The position numbers and the translations under genes are program-made. A DNA stretch of 64,000 nt from assembly GCA_963706595.1 (NCBI GenBank), contig OY970166.1, positions 4,192,001 to 4,256,000 of the forward strand, written 5' to 3'. The notes beneath the pieces were generated by a model, which saw nothing but the letters and a program-made list of their open reading frames with translations, had not been told where the DNA came from and ran no database searches. Positions 10,335 through 21,000 of the stretch are shown here, in pieces. How positions within the stretch are numbered: position 1 is the first letter of the stretch; each line of letters begins with the position of its first letter. Origin of the DNA: an uncultured cyanobacterium. GTDB taxonomy: Bacteria > Cyanobacteriota > Cyanobacteriia > Cyanobacteriales > Nostocaceae.

Positions 10335-10883
10335 TTAAAGCAAAAACGGACGCGCTAGCATAAAACTAGTAATCGATTTAGCATCTACCGCCTCGCCCTG
10401 GAGAATAGCTTTCTCCAATTCTTCGGGAGTCATTAATACAGTTTCGATATCCTCATCTTCATCCTGTTTGGGCGGATTTTCCAACTTTTGCAAATCTCGT
10501 GCCAAAAAAGCATAGATAATTTCATCAGAATAACCCGGAGCCAGGAAAAACTCACCTAGTTTGTCCCACTTTTGAGCGCCATAACCAGTTTCCTCCTCAA
10601 TTTCACGCTGTATTGTCTCCAGAGGATCTTCATTCCGTTCCAAAGTCCCGGCGGGAAACTCCAATATCCGACCTTGAATAGCAAAACGATACTGGCGCAC
10701 CAATACAAGTTTACCTTCGGCGGTAACAGGCACAGCTAAGGCTCCACCAGGGTGACGAATACATTCCCAATCCCCTTCTGCTTTATTCGGCAAACGCAGG
10801 CGATTGACTTCAAAATCAAACTTGCGTCCTTTATAAAGCAAGCATTGTTTCAGTAGCTGTGGTAATTCTCTACCTAATGGCAT
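10335..10883 (-). CDS. NUDIX hydrolase (ADP-ribose pyrophosphatase-like)
   Basis: Nudix box G.....E.......REIEEETG; RQYR, EFPAG. Confidence 0.92.
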   Translation of the reverse strand: MPLGRELPQLLKQCLLYKGRKFDFEVNRLRLPNKAEGDWECIRHPGGALAVPVTAEGKLVLVRQYRFAIQGRILEFPAGTLERNEDPLETIQREIEEETGYGAQKWDKLGEFFLAPGYSDEIIYAFLARDLQKLENPPKQDEDEDIETVLMTPEELEKAILQGEAVDAKSITSFMLARPFLL

Positions 10884-10968
10884 AGTAAATTTTTGTTATA
10901 GGTACACAGGTATATAAACATTGTTCCATTAGTAGAAACAGTGTTTTTTAGGTTTATGGTTGGCAAAT

Positions 10969-11487
10969 TTAAGGGCTAGTAAATAAATGTACATCAGAAC
11001 AGTCTACCTCTTTGACTAAATCTTTAATCACACGTTGGGAAATTGGCTCTACCCAATCTGGGGCAATTTCTGCCAATGGGATTAAAACAAAAGCCCGCTC
11101 TCCCATTCGGGGGTGAGGAATTTGGAGGTTGGGTGTATCTATGATTAAGTCATCATATAACAACAAATCTAAATCCAGCGATCGCGGACCCCAACGTTCC
11201 TGACGCACTCGCCCAAACTGCTGTTCCGTTGCCAGTAAAGTCTCTAATAATAAAAGTGGTGACATTTCTACTTGTAATATAGCGCAACCATTTAAATAAT
11301 CTGGCTGCGGTGGTCCTACAGCTTTAGTTCGATACCAACTGGATTTCGCTAGTAGCTTAATTCCTGGAGTTTGGGCTAATGTCTCTATGGCTGCTTCTAG
11401 AATTTGATATGAATCGCCCATATTACCACCCAGAGCGATCGCACTAGCTTGACCAGATACCTTAAATGAACTTGCTGGTTTGAACAA
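10969..11487 (-). CDS. folK: 2-amino-4-hydroxy-6-hydroxymethyldihydropteridine diphosphokinase
   Basis: IALGGNMG, QPDYLN, RWGPRSLDLDLL, IPHPRM.ERAFVLIPL. Confidence 0.95.
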   Translation of the reverse strand: MFKPASSFKVSGQASAIALGGNMGDSYQILEAAIETLAQTPGIKLLAKSSWYRTKAVGPPQPDYLNGCAILQVEMSPLLLLETLLATEQQFGRVRQERWGPRSLDLDLLLYDDLIIDTPNLQIPHPRMGERAFVLIPLAEIAPDWVEPISQRVIKDLVKEVDCSDVHLFTSP

Positions 11488-11709
11488 TTAGTTAAAACTG
11501 GTGTATGAATCCTGACAAGAAAATTAACGAACAGGGAAGGAATATTTTTATGTAATACTGAATTAAGTTAATTATTTATAGGGTATTATACTAACACAAA
11601 CGTGGTGCGCTAACCCCAATAATTTTACATCATGGATAGGTTTCAGGTACTTTAAGAGAGGACTGATGTGGGAAAGCTCACCTCCTAGTTCAAGCAAAGA
11701 TCAACCAAT

Positions 11710-14010
11710 TTGAGCGACTCTGACCAGGAGCAACCGCCATTGATCCCTGGTAATCATTACGAGAACAAGGAAGCCACAAATGAGAGCTTATCACCCACAA
11801 GGTTTATGAAAACAAGGCAGTTCTGGAATCAAATAAATAGTGTCTCATCGGGGATCACTAGTATATTTAGCAGCCGAGATCGACCGTTTTATCGTCGGCT
11901 TTGGTTTTGGGCAACGCTAGGTATAGGTAGTAGCTTATGTGGTACAGTTATTGGCCTGCACTACTTAATTAGCATCATCGATCAAAGCTTGCCAGATAAA
12001 TCGCAACTACAAGTAGTCCGCCGAGCCAAAACCCTGACCATCAAAGCCGTTGATGGCAGCATCCTACAACAACAAGGTGAAGCCACCAGAGAACGACTGA
12101 GGGTAGAGGAAATACCTGAGCAACTCAAACAAGCTTTTATCGCCTCAGAAGACCGAAGATTTCAAAATCATCATGGTATTGACCCACAAGGAATTCTCAG
12201 AGCAGCTCTGAAGAACTTGCGATCGCAGACTGTAGCAGAAGGTGGTAGTACCATCACCCAACAGCTAGCGCGAATTCTTTTCCTGCAACAAGAGCAGACA
12301 ATCTGGCGCAAACTCAAAGAAGTCCGTCTAGCTCATCAACTAGAACAAGAATTGACCAAAAACCAGATTATCGAGCGTTACCTAAATTTGGTATATTTAG
12401 GATCTGGAGCTTATGGTGTAGGAGATGCTGCCTGGGTCTACTTCAGTAAAACGGTAGATCAACTCACCCTAGCCGAAGCAGCAATGATTGCTGGATTAGC
12501 TCCCGCCCCAAGTTTATACTCCCCCATACAAAATCCCACAGTTGCTATACAGAGGCGAAACATAGTACTGCAACGGATGTATGAAGATGAATTAATTACA
12601 GCCGCCGAAAAGCAAGCCTCATCACAGGAAACCCTAAACCTCAACAGCAGCTTTCCCAAACGCCTAGAAGTAGAATCTCCCTACTTTGCCAGTTACGTCC
12701 TCCAAGAATTACCCAAATATGTTTCCCCCGAAATCCTCAAACAAGGGGGTTTAATAGTTGAAACTACCCTAAATCCCACTTGGCAGCAAGCCGCAGAAGC
12801 AGCAGTTGCCAAAACCTTGAAAAATCAAGGTCGCTGGCAGAACTTCACCCAAGCGTCTTTAGTCGCCATAGACCCCCGCAACGGTGAAATTCAGGCCATG
12901 GTGGGAGGAAAAGACTTTAGTAAAAATCAGTTTAATCGAGTTACCCAGGCACAACGTCAGCCAGGATCGACATTTAAGGGATTTCTCTATGCCGCAGCCA
13001 TAGCCACTGGTAAAAGCCCTTACGACACCTACCTAGATGCACCTTTTGTAGTCGATGGTTACGAACCACAAAACTTTGGGAAAACCTTTCGTGGCTCCAT
13101 GAGCATACGAAATGCCCTCACCCGTTCCACTAATGTAATTGCGGTGAAAGTTTTGCTTGATGTAGGCTTTAAGCCAATTATTAATACCGCCCACAACTTG
13201 GGAATTAAATCCGAACTGCAACCGACCTATTCTTTAGCTCTTGGTTCCCATGAAGTCAATTTACTGGAATTAACCAACGCTTATGGTAGCTTTGCTACGC
13301 AAGGATTATACATAGAAGCTCATGGCATTCGCCGCATCCTCAACCGTCAAGGACAAGTCATTTGGTCAAATGATTTCCAGCATCAACGGGTTCTTGACCC
13401 CACAAGTGCCGGCATTATGACCTGGATGCTACGCCAAGTAGTAGAAGCCGGTACTGGCGGTCCTGCACAATTAAAGAATAGGCCTGTAGCTGGGAAAACC
13501 GGAACTTCCGATGAAGCCCGCGACTTGTGGTTTATTGGCTACATTCCCCAAATAGTCACAGGCGTTTGGTTAGGCAATGATAACAACCGCCCCACTTCAG
13601 GAGACAGTGCTAGTGCTGCTTACACCTGGAGGGAATTTATGGCAAAAGCAGTAGAGGGAATGCCTATAGAAAAGTTTCCCGAAAGACCAAAACTCCAAGG
13701 TCGCGTAGGTAGCATTAAAGCACAGCCCATCAAACCGAAATCAATACAGCATCGTTCTCTTTCCACTACTGCAAATCAGCCAAGTCCCACCACAGCTAAC
13801 GTTACCCGCTCATCTAGAAGGTCTAGAAGACGTTCACAGCCACAGGTCACAAATACACCCGCCAGTGTATCTTCACCGAGACGGCGTAGAAGAGTACAAT
13901 CAAATCCTACGCCACCCGCCACAACTAAACGGCCTAGTAGTTCAATTCCTTCAACACCCCCACCTTCGTGGCGGGAAAGACTTAGACCCGGCTCAAATTC
14001 TTCGGATTGA
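11710..14010 (+). CDS. Class A penicillin-binding protein (transglycosylase/transpeptidase); true start uncertain
   Basis: SEDRRF..HHGID, GGSTITQQ, RKLKE; S..K (GSTFK), S.N, KTGT; basic disordered tail. Confidence 0.92.
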   Translation: MSDSDQEQPPLIPGNHYENKEATNESLSPTRFMKTRQFWNQINSVSSGITSIFSSRDRPFYRRLWFWATLGIGSSLCGTVIGLHYLISIIDQSLPDKSQLQVVRRAKTLTIKAVDGSILQQQGEATRERLRVEEIPEQLKQAFIASEDRRFQNHHGIDPQGILRAALKNLRSQTVAEGGSTITQQLARILFLQQEQTIWRKLKEVRLAHQLEQELTKNQIIERYLNLVYLGSGAYGVGDAAWVYFSKTVDQLTLAEAAMIAGLAPAPSLYSPIQNPTVAIQRRNIVLQRMYEDELITAAEKQASSQETLNLNSSFPKRLEVESPYFASYVLQELPKYVSPEILKQGGLIVETTLNPTWQQAAEAAVAKTLKNQGRWQNFTQASLVAIDPRNGEIQAMVGGKDFSKNQFNRVTQAQRQPGSTFKGFLYAAAIATGKSPYDTYLDAPFVVDGYEPQNFGKTFRGSMSIRNALTRSTNVIAVKVLLDVGFKPIINTAHNLGIKSELQPTYSLALGSHEVNLLELTNAYGSFATQGLYIEAHGIRRILNRQGQVIWSNDFQHQRVLDPTSAGIMTWMLRQVVEAGTGGPAQLKNRPVAGKTGTSDEARDLWFIGYIPQIVTGVWLGNDNNRPTSGDSASAAYTWREFMAKAVEGMPIEKFPERPKLQGRVGSIKAQPIKPKSIQHRSLSTTANQPSPTTANVTRSSRRSRRRSQPQVTNTPASVSSPRRRRRVQSNPTPPATTKRPSSSIPSTPPPSWRERLRPGSNSSD

Positions 14011-14017
14011 CTTGTTC

Positions 14018-14114
14018 GTAGGGTGTGTTATGCCGTAGGCTAACGCACCTTGAATTGCTGACATTGAAGCCGAAGTTTTAACGGTGCGTTGCGCTACGCG
14101 ACAACACACCCTAC
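14018..14114. repeat. GTAG/CTAC-bounded REP-like doublet
   Basis: GTAGGGTGTGTTA...ACAACACACCCTAC. Confidence 0.8.
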
Positions 14115-14183
14115 ATTAAAAGTTCTTAATATAACTTGAAATACTAGTGCCGACTTACTTACCTACTTAGATGAAATATAATA

Positions 14184-14320
14184 TATAGGACTCCTATCTG
14201 ATTTTTATTGGCGCGGCATAAAACAAAAAGGTTATTCCCCACTCCCCACTCCCCACTCCCTACGCAAATAAATATGGCTACGCCACGCTACGCAAACAGA
14301 AATCAAACCTGATTACTATA
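14184..14320. repeat. TATAG-bounded MITE-like element carrying an STRR array
   Basis: TATAGGACTCCTATCTGATTT...(CCCCACT)n...AAATCAAACCTGATTACTATA; related to 47259-47438. Confidence 0.65.
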
Positions 14321-14335
14321 TATTCGCAGTTCCCT

Positions 14336-15730
14336 TTAGTTTTTCTGAATTCCATAACACAAACGACCAATTAACCAATTATTATCTTCACTATTATTTG
14401 ATTTTCCAGACTGTAGTATTTCTGTTCTATTTTTCAATCCAATGAAAAACTCCTCTATACCCTGAGTCTTTGTCCCATCTTGTTCATTACTTCTTGCTTC
14501 CCAGTCCCACTCTTTCCACCAAATAGGCGTTTGTAACCTTTGAGCAAAAATATCAAATTTAAACTTATAAACACCCGATTCGGGAAACTTGTTAGGCTCA
14601 ATTAATGCCGAGAAATTTAATTTATTTTCCTGAATCTGCCAATCTTGTAATTGAAAAGCAGTATTAATATCTGAACTATTCATAACTTTGAATTTTTTTT
14701 CAAATTCATCAAATTTTTCCACATCGACTTTTGAATTAATCAAACTTTTGTCAGTATCAATAAGCAAACTATATTTAGCCGCATAAAAAGGGAGAGTATA
14801 ATTAATTGTCAAACTTTCCTCTTGTCGATTGTCTATTTGCAAAAGTTCACCAGGATAATTATCTTTAGTAACAGAAACTCCATTTTTAACCAAAGAAACA
14901 GGTCGGTTCACACCTGGAACTGTTATTGTTGGTAAAGTTTCTAGACTTGAGACACCATTAATTATATTTTCTGGATGAAAAATCATCAAATTACTATTAA
15001 CCATCAATTGTTGTGAATCATTCTTTTTTAAATAATCAAAATAATACTGAATATCACGATATGGACCAACAAACAGAACGTAAAATGGTCTGAATTTCTC
15101 CGGTTCTTTTCCAGAAGAATACGCAAAAGTTTTGAGTTTATTTAGCTCTTGTACATATACAGTCCCATTAAACTCACTTTTTATCGCCCAAATTCCCACT
15201 GCATAATCCTTTCTATCTAGGTTAAAATAAATATCTTGGATTTTTTTGGTTAGCCTAGTCACATCACCGCTATTTTGCTCTAAATCCGTAACTATAACCG
15301 TCATTCTTTCCTCATCTTTTTTGGGAGGAATAATCGCAGCATCAATGGGGCTAGATACAGCTTTAAATTTTGTATTACTACCATCATAAAATACAGGCGC
15401 TCCGGCATAACTATAATATTCACCTCCTGTAATTTTTTGGTTTGGATTATCCAGACGATAGTATTCAACTGGTAATTTACCTATTAATTCAAAGGCATTT
15501 CTAATACTATTTAAAGCTTTCACATAATTAGTCTTTCCATCTCTCACATACCCCAGCATTGAGCCACTACCATCAACATAAATTCCTACATTGAGATTGT
15601 CAGATTTAGAAAGATTACTTTGATTGAATGCCGGAATTTCACAGGTTAATTTATCCTTAACTGCCACTGGATTGCAAGCTGTTAAAACAGTTATTACAAA
15701 TCCTAAAAAAAACCATCTAAATTGCATCAT
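14336..15730 (-). CDS. Predicted lipoprotein with vWA/MIDAS-like domain
   Basis: ATG at 15730 with AGGAA upstream; lipobox VLTAC; IYVDGSGSM (DxSxS) and VIVTD. Confidence 0.75.
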   Translation of the reverse strand: MMQFRWFFLGFVITVLTACNPVAVKDKLTCEIPAFNQSNLSKSDNLNVGIYVDGSGSMLGYVRDGKTNYVKALNSIRNAFELIGKLPVEYYRLDNPNQKITGGEYYSYAGAPVFYDGSNTKFKAVSSPIDAAIIPPKKDEERMTVIVTDLEQNSGDVTRLTKKIQDIYFNLDRKDYAVGIWAIKSEFNGTVYVQELNKLKTFAYSSGKEPEKFRPFYVLFVGPYRDIQYYFDYLKKNDSQQLMVNSNLMIFHPENIINGVSSLETLPTITVPGVNRPVSLVKNGVSVTKDNYPGELLQIDNRQEESLTINYTLPFYAAKYSLLIDTDKSLINSKVDVEKFDEFEKKFKVMNSSDINTAFQLQDWQIQENKLNFSALIEPNKFPESGVYKFKFDIFAQRLQTPIWWKEWDWEARSNEQDGTKTQGIEEFFIGLKNRTEILQSGKSNNSEDNNWLIGRLCYGIQKN

Positions 15731-16095
15731 TTTGTTTCCTGAAGAAATTGAGAACTTATGAATCAGAAGGGACAAGCAAGAAACCAGGAGAAAAAACCCC
15801 TAAATAAATTCAGAGTTTTCCCACGAAAATGCCTTTTTGCTATCACTATGTGTCCTGAAAATTTTTCTTAACTTTATTAATAATTAAATTTTAAAGGATT
15901 TAAGCCTGTGGAAAGAAGTCAAAAAATATTTCTTTCCTTTAGCTCCTGCCTTGATTGGGTAAAGATTTTTAAGTAAATGTACGGTAGTTTTAATTCTTAT
16001 AAAAAAAGGATGATAAAAGTATATCAAAAAATACTAGCGATAGCTTTAAGCACGATGTTAAGACTCTGGATACAGAACAACAATAAGGAGAGCTA

Positions 16096-16569
16096 ATGAA
16101 GCCGTGGGAAATAATTAGGATCATCATTTTTAACGTTATTGGTGCTGCACTAATGTTTTTGGGGCAGCGTCTCATCTATGAAAATCAAATCATACCCATT
16201 CAAAAAGTCCCCCTTGATACTTGGCTTGGTGCTGACTATACCACAGCCGCACTGATCATGTTTGGAGTTTGTCTGTTGTCCACGATGATTTGGTGTCTCA
16301 TTGCCGCAGTCAGTAAGTTTACTGATAGTAGAAATGCTGGGAGTTGGATGTTGTTTTGGTGGTTGTTAGGACTTTTACCCATAGCCAGCATTGGTTTTAC
16401 AGTGTTTTACATTAACCGCAGCGACGAAGCCCAGTTTTCGCTGATGGGATTTTTCCTTTTAGATGCTATCTGGCTGTATTGGTTCAGCACCGCCACTAGT
16501 TCTCCTGAAGCCGTGAAATATATTCCACCAGGAGCTTTTTTTATCCGTCATAAGCTGATGGGAGATTAA
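16096..16569 (+). CDS. Hypothetical integral membrane protein (about 4 TM helices)
   Basis: AAGGAG RBS; four hydrophobic segments; 3 bp before the tubulin-like gene. Confidence 0.8.
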   Translation: MKPWEIIRIIIFNVIGAALMFLGQRLIYENQIIPIQKVPLDTWLGADYTTAALIMFGVCLLSTMIWCLIAAVSKFTDSRNAGSWMLFWWLLGLLPIASIGFTVFYINRSDEAQFSLMGFFLLDAIWLYWFSTATSSPEAVKYIPPGAFFIRHKLMGD

Positions 16570-16572
16570 TAA

Positions 16573-18072
16573 ATGTCAATTTATGTGATTGGAATTGGTG
16601 GTACTGGCGCTAAGTGCATTGAAGCTGTAATTCAATTAGCATCCATAGGACTTTTTGGCGAAGAAACCCTGAATTTATTGTTTGTTGATGCTGATGAAAA
16701 TAATGGTAATTTAGAACGGGCATTAAAAAGCCTAAAAATTTATCAAGATTGCCAAAATTTAGGTCTTGCTGATAAACATCCCTGGATGAAAACCAAAATT
16801 GAGTCCTTTGGTTTATGGTCGCCTTTTGCCAACACCAGCGTCAATAAAAACCTTAGCTCATTCTTTGAATATAATATTCTCAAAGATGATGAATCAGCAT
16901 TAGGAAATTTATTTGATGTTCTTTATACTTCAGAAGAACGCGATGCTAATTTAGACGTGGGTTTTCGTGGTCGCCCTGCTATTGGTGCGGCGGTGATGAG
17001 TCAGGTAAAACTTGATTCTTTAGACCATGACTCATGGGGACAACTAATGAGTCAACTGCAAAAAGACACTGGAGGAGGTAAACGCCCCAAAGTATTTTTA
17101 TGTGGCTCAATTTTTGGTGGTACAGGGGCTTCAGGATTACCAACTATTGGCCGTTTAATTCATAATAAGTTGGAAACTCTGCAAATTAGAACTAAAGTTG
17201 ATATTGGTTGCTTATTTGTTTTACCTTATTTTGGTTTTACTCCTACTTTGGGAGAAAATGCAGAAACAGTCTATGCTCGTTCTGAACAATTTTTATTAAA
17301 CACAGAAGCAGCACTGCGTTATTATGGCAGTCAAGCCCAAGACAGTTTTGACACTGTATATCTGTTGGGAAATCAAAACTTATCTCCAGTTAAAGTTTTT
17401 AGTGTTGGTAAAAATACTCAACGCAATGACCCCCATTTTATTGAACTCTATGCGGCATTAGCAGCACGGCAATTTTTATTGAATACAACTTCCGAACAAA
17501 AAAAAGTGGTGTTGATGAATCGGGAGAATTTGAGAAATCTGATTTGGAAAGATATTCCCGACCAAAAAGCAGTTAACTCAGAGTTAGTTAATGCCACTCG
17601 TTTTGCTTTTATGTGGTTATCTAATATTGCCCCAGCGTTAGCGGAAGCTAAGAAAATTGGTGTGAAAAGCTTCCAAAAAGGTAATAGTTGGTTTGTGAAA
17701 TTCTTTCCTGACCGCATTGTTTTTCGCAACAATCAAAGACAAGAAATAGATTTTAATGATCCAGAACAGCAAAATGCTATAGAAACAATTACTGTCTGGT
17801 GTCAAGATTATTTACGTTGGCTGTCATTAGTTCATCAATGTGCTGGTGAAAATATTCAATTATTCAATGCTCAACATTTCAGTAATAGTAAGCTGAATCC
17901 TCAGCATTTATCAGATTTAATTAGTGGCTTAGGTGACAGTCGAGATCAAAACCAGAAATCTCAGGACACAGTACAAAAACTCAAAGAACGTTTGCATCCT
18001 CCAGCTATCAGTCTGCCCAATCAAGGCATATTGGGACTGTCTAAAGCTTTATATCTTGTTTGTCGGTTGTAG
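16573..18072 (+). CDS. Divergent tubulin/FtsZ-superfamily GTPase (Tubulin_2/FtsZ-like type)
   Basis: YVIGIGGTGAK, FVDAD, GFRGRPAIG, SIFGGTGASG (variant of the GGGTGSG signature), LPYF. Confidence 0.85.
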   Translation: MSIYVIGIGGTGAKCIEAVIQLASIGLFGEETLNLLFVDADENNGNLERALKSLKIYQDCQNLGLADKHPWMKTKIESFGLWSPFANTSVNKNLSSFFEYNILKDDESALGNLFDVLYTSEERDANLDVGFRGRPAIGAAVMSQVKLDSLDHDSWGQLMSQLQKDTGGGKRPKVFLCGSIFGGTGASGLPTIGRLIHNKLETLQIRTKVDIGCLFVLPYFGFTPTLGENAETVYARSEQFLLNTEAALRYYGSQAQDSFDTVYLLGNQNLSPVKVFSVGKNTQRNDPHFIELYAALAARQFLLNTTSEQKKVVLMNRENLRNLIWKDIPDQKAVNSELVNATRFAFMWLSNIAPALAEAKKIGVKSFQKGNSWFVKFFPDRIVFRNNQRQEIDFNDPEQQNAIETITVWCQDYLRWLSLVHQCAGENIQLFNAQHFSNSKLNPQHLSDLISGLGDSRDQNQKSQDTVQKLKERLHPPAISLPNQGILGLSKALYLVCRL

Positions 18073-18086
18073 AAGGAAAGTTAATT

Positions 18087-21000
18087 ATGACCAGTGCATA
18101 TACTACCAATCAATCTGCTTTGTTGCTACCCAAACTCAAAGATGATTGTGATGTCAAGTCTGGGAATCCCGGGATTTGGGATTCTCAAGCCCCAAAAGCT
18201 TTTAATGATGTCGCCTCCAGCTTAGATTACAAAGCACCGGGAGAAGTTAAAAGTGTTAGTTCTGTTCCCACGATTTGGGCGCGTCCTTTATCAATGGAAA
18301 TGGCATTACACAATGATGCTTATCCGATTCGGGAACAAATGATCATTCAATGGCAAGGAATGTTAGCGGCTTTAGCATTAGCAGAAGTACGCGGTTTTCC
18401 GATTAAAGCGGAACTTTTGGAACTGGGAACGAAAAAGGATAGTCACGTTTTTGCCCGTTCTCTGTATGAACTTTTACCTGATCCAGTTAACACCCTTTAT
18501 ACGTTCAATAATAATAAACATCCTTGGGAAGATTTATATGTCTTTACTTGGAAGAATCAACCTATAGGGATGAGTTCTCCTAGTACCTTGGTTGTACCTT
18601 CAGAAGAAGGCATCTGGGACGGTTTACCTTGGTGGGATAGTAATATATTACAGTTGCGATCGCCTCATAATTACCTTAACGACACAGAAAAAGCCCAACT
18701 AGCATTTTGGTTAGATAACCTCCGCAGAGAAATTAGAAGATATAACGGTCAAAGTAAAGCAATTGACCGCATTGTTGGCTTAGTCAATGGCTTTATTAAC
18801 AGCTTAGGTGTGACAACTACACCTAACTTTCAATTTAGTGATAATCCTGCCTACTTTGAAGTAGAAATCAACCGAGGCGCGTTAACTGCACTCAATTTAC
18901 CTGTTAAAGTTGAGTCTAGGGAATCTAATGTGAGGATTGTTCCCAGTTTAGTTAAACCAAATGTTCCCCCACTACTGATAATTGATCCCGCCATTGCGAC
19001 CGCTTGGAATGAACCACCGCAGAACATTTGCGTTTATGAAGGTAAAAATTTAGCAGCTTTTCGTCCTGAAGATTTAGAAACCTGGAACCGGAGTAGAAAA
19101 GTAATCTGTCTGGAATCGAAAGATTTATTTTTACCAGACTTGAAATTTATTGATCAAGAAGGAATTTTACCAGGGGCTTTACTTCCCGAAGGAACTCAAA
19201 GCTTGGTCTTTAAAAATAGGAATATTACCCCTTTAATTCCTTTGAATCCGATTTTGTTAAATTACTTCACCCCAGAAGATTTAACCAAAAAGATTAAACT
19301 CCAACTGGTTAATAATGGTGCTGGCGGTTCACAAGTTCGGGTAAGTTTAACCTTACCTTTATATGGTGTTAAAGGTGGTAAAGTACCGCAAAACTTCTTT
19401 TTAGTTAAAGACTATCCTTTGCTAGAAGAAAACATCATTTACCAAGTACCTGTTTTAGAGGTATGGCCTGACTTCCGTGCTGAAGGTTGGAAAGAATATT
19501 ACGGCTTTTACTACGATGCTGAATATGGGGAAGAAACATTTCAAGTCAGTTTCCCCAATGCGAAAGATATTCATATTTTTAAAGAACGTAAAGGTTCTTA
19601 TCAAACAGTACAGCTAGAGGAATTTCCAGCATTTATTGAGTGTAAAGACATTTATACCAATACTGTTGGATTAATCCTATTAGCTACTCCAGAAGAAATT
19701 TCTCCAGTCGGAAACTGGGTAGTTGGTGTTGACTTTGGAACTTCTTTTACTAACGTATATGTCAACAAAAATGATAAAGTTACAGAAAGACTAAATCTAG
19801 AAAATCTGCATCGTAAAATTACTTACGTGTTGGTGGAAACTAGATTTCCAGTATTGTTTGAATACTTTATTCCCGAAAGCTTTATTCCCATAGATAAACC
19901 TTTCCCCATGTCTACTGTATTAACAAGGAAAGGCAGCAAAAATGCCAATGAAGACCAATTAAATCCAATTTTTGATGGTCGGCTGTATATTCCTGCTCGT
20001 AATCGCTTTGAGCCTCAACAGACATGGATTAGAACCAATCTTAAATGGGACACTATTAACTTAACCGATAATCAACTTTTTCTCAAACACCTGGCGCTAC
20101 ATATTACTGCGATCGCAGCTAAAAATGGCGTAAAAAATATTCAATGGTCTTTATCATTTCCATCTGCTTTCTCAGCAAAACAAGAACAAAATTATGCCAA
20201 GAATTGGCAGAAAATAACCAAAGAAATAGAAGCTAAGTCAAGTATTAAACACCAGAGTCCCGCCAAAGATGACCCCACTTATTTCCGTACAGAAAGTTTA
20301 GCATTTGCTCAATACTTTGCTGAATACGAAGATGAAAATCTTGTCAATACAACTTGTATTGATATGGGTGGTGGAACATCAGATATTTCCATTTGGCAGG
20401 ATGATGAGCTAGTTCATCAATGTTCAGTTGAATTAGCAGGTCGTGATTTATTCTCTCAATTCATTAAAATTAATCTTAATTTTCTCAAGAAGTTAGATAT
20501 CAATCCTGATGAGTGGAAAACACTGAACAAAGAAGAAGCTTTCAATGCCAAACTCGATGTATGGATGCGTCTAGAAGCCGCTAATTGGTTAGAGAAAAAA
20601 CGAGATTTATTAGAAGAAGATAAAGACTTTCAAGGACTGCTGCGTTTAATGGCAATAGGTGTATCTGGCTTATACTTTTATGTTGGTCAGATTCTTTCTG
20701 TTCTACACAAAGAGGATAAATATACTCTTGATGAAATTACTCCAGTGTATATAGGTGGTAATGGTTCGCGTTTGTTGCATTGGTTGGCTGAAGGTGGTGA
20801 ATTTGATAAAAATTCAGAAATTAATGGTTTATTAAGTCGAATGATGAGTGTAGCTTCTGGTTTTACTGATACAGAAGAACTCACACGCCTAAGTCAAAAT
20901 CCCAAAGATGAAGCTGCTTGCGGTCTAGTTTTGAAAGATAAAAAACTCAAAGGGTTAAATAAAAAGGAAAAAGATCATGTAATTGCCGGCGAAGATTGTG

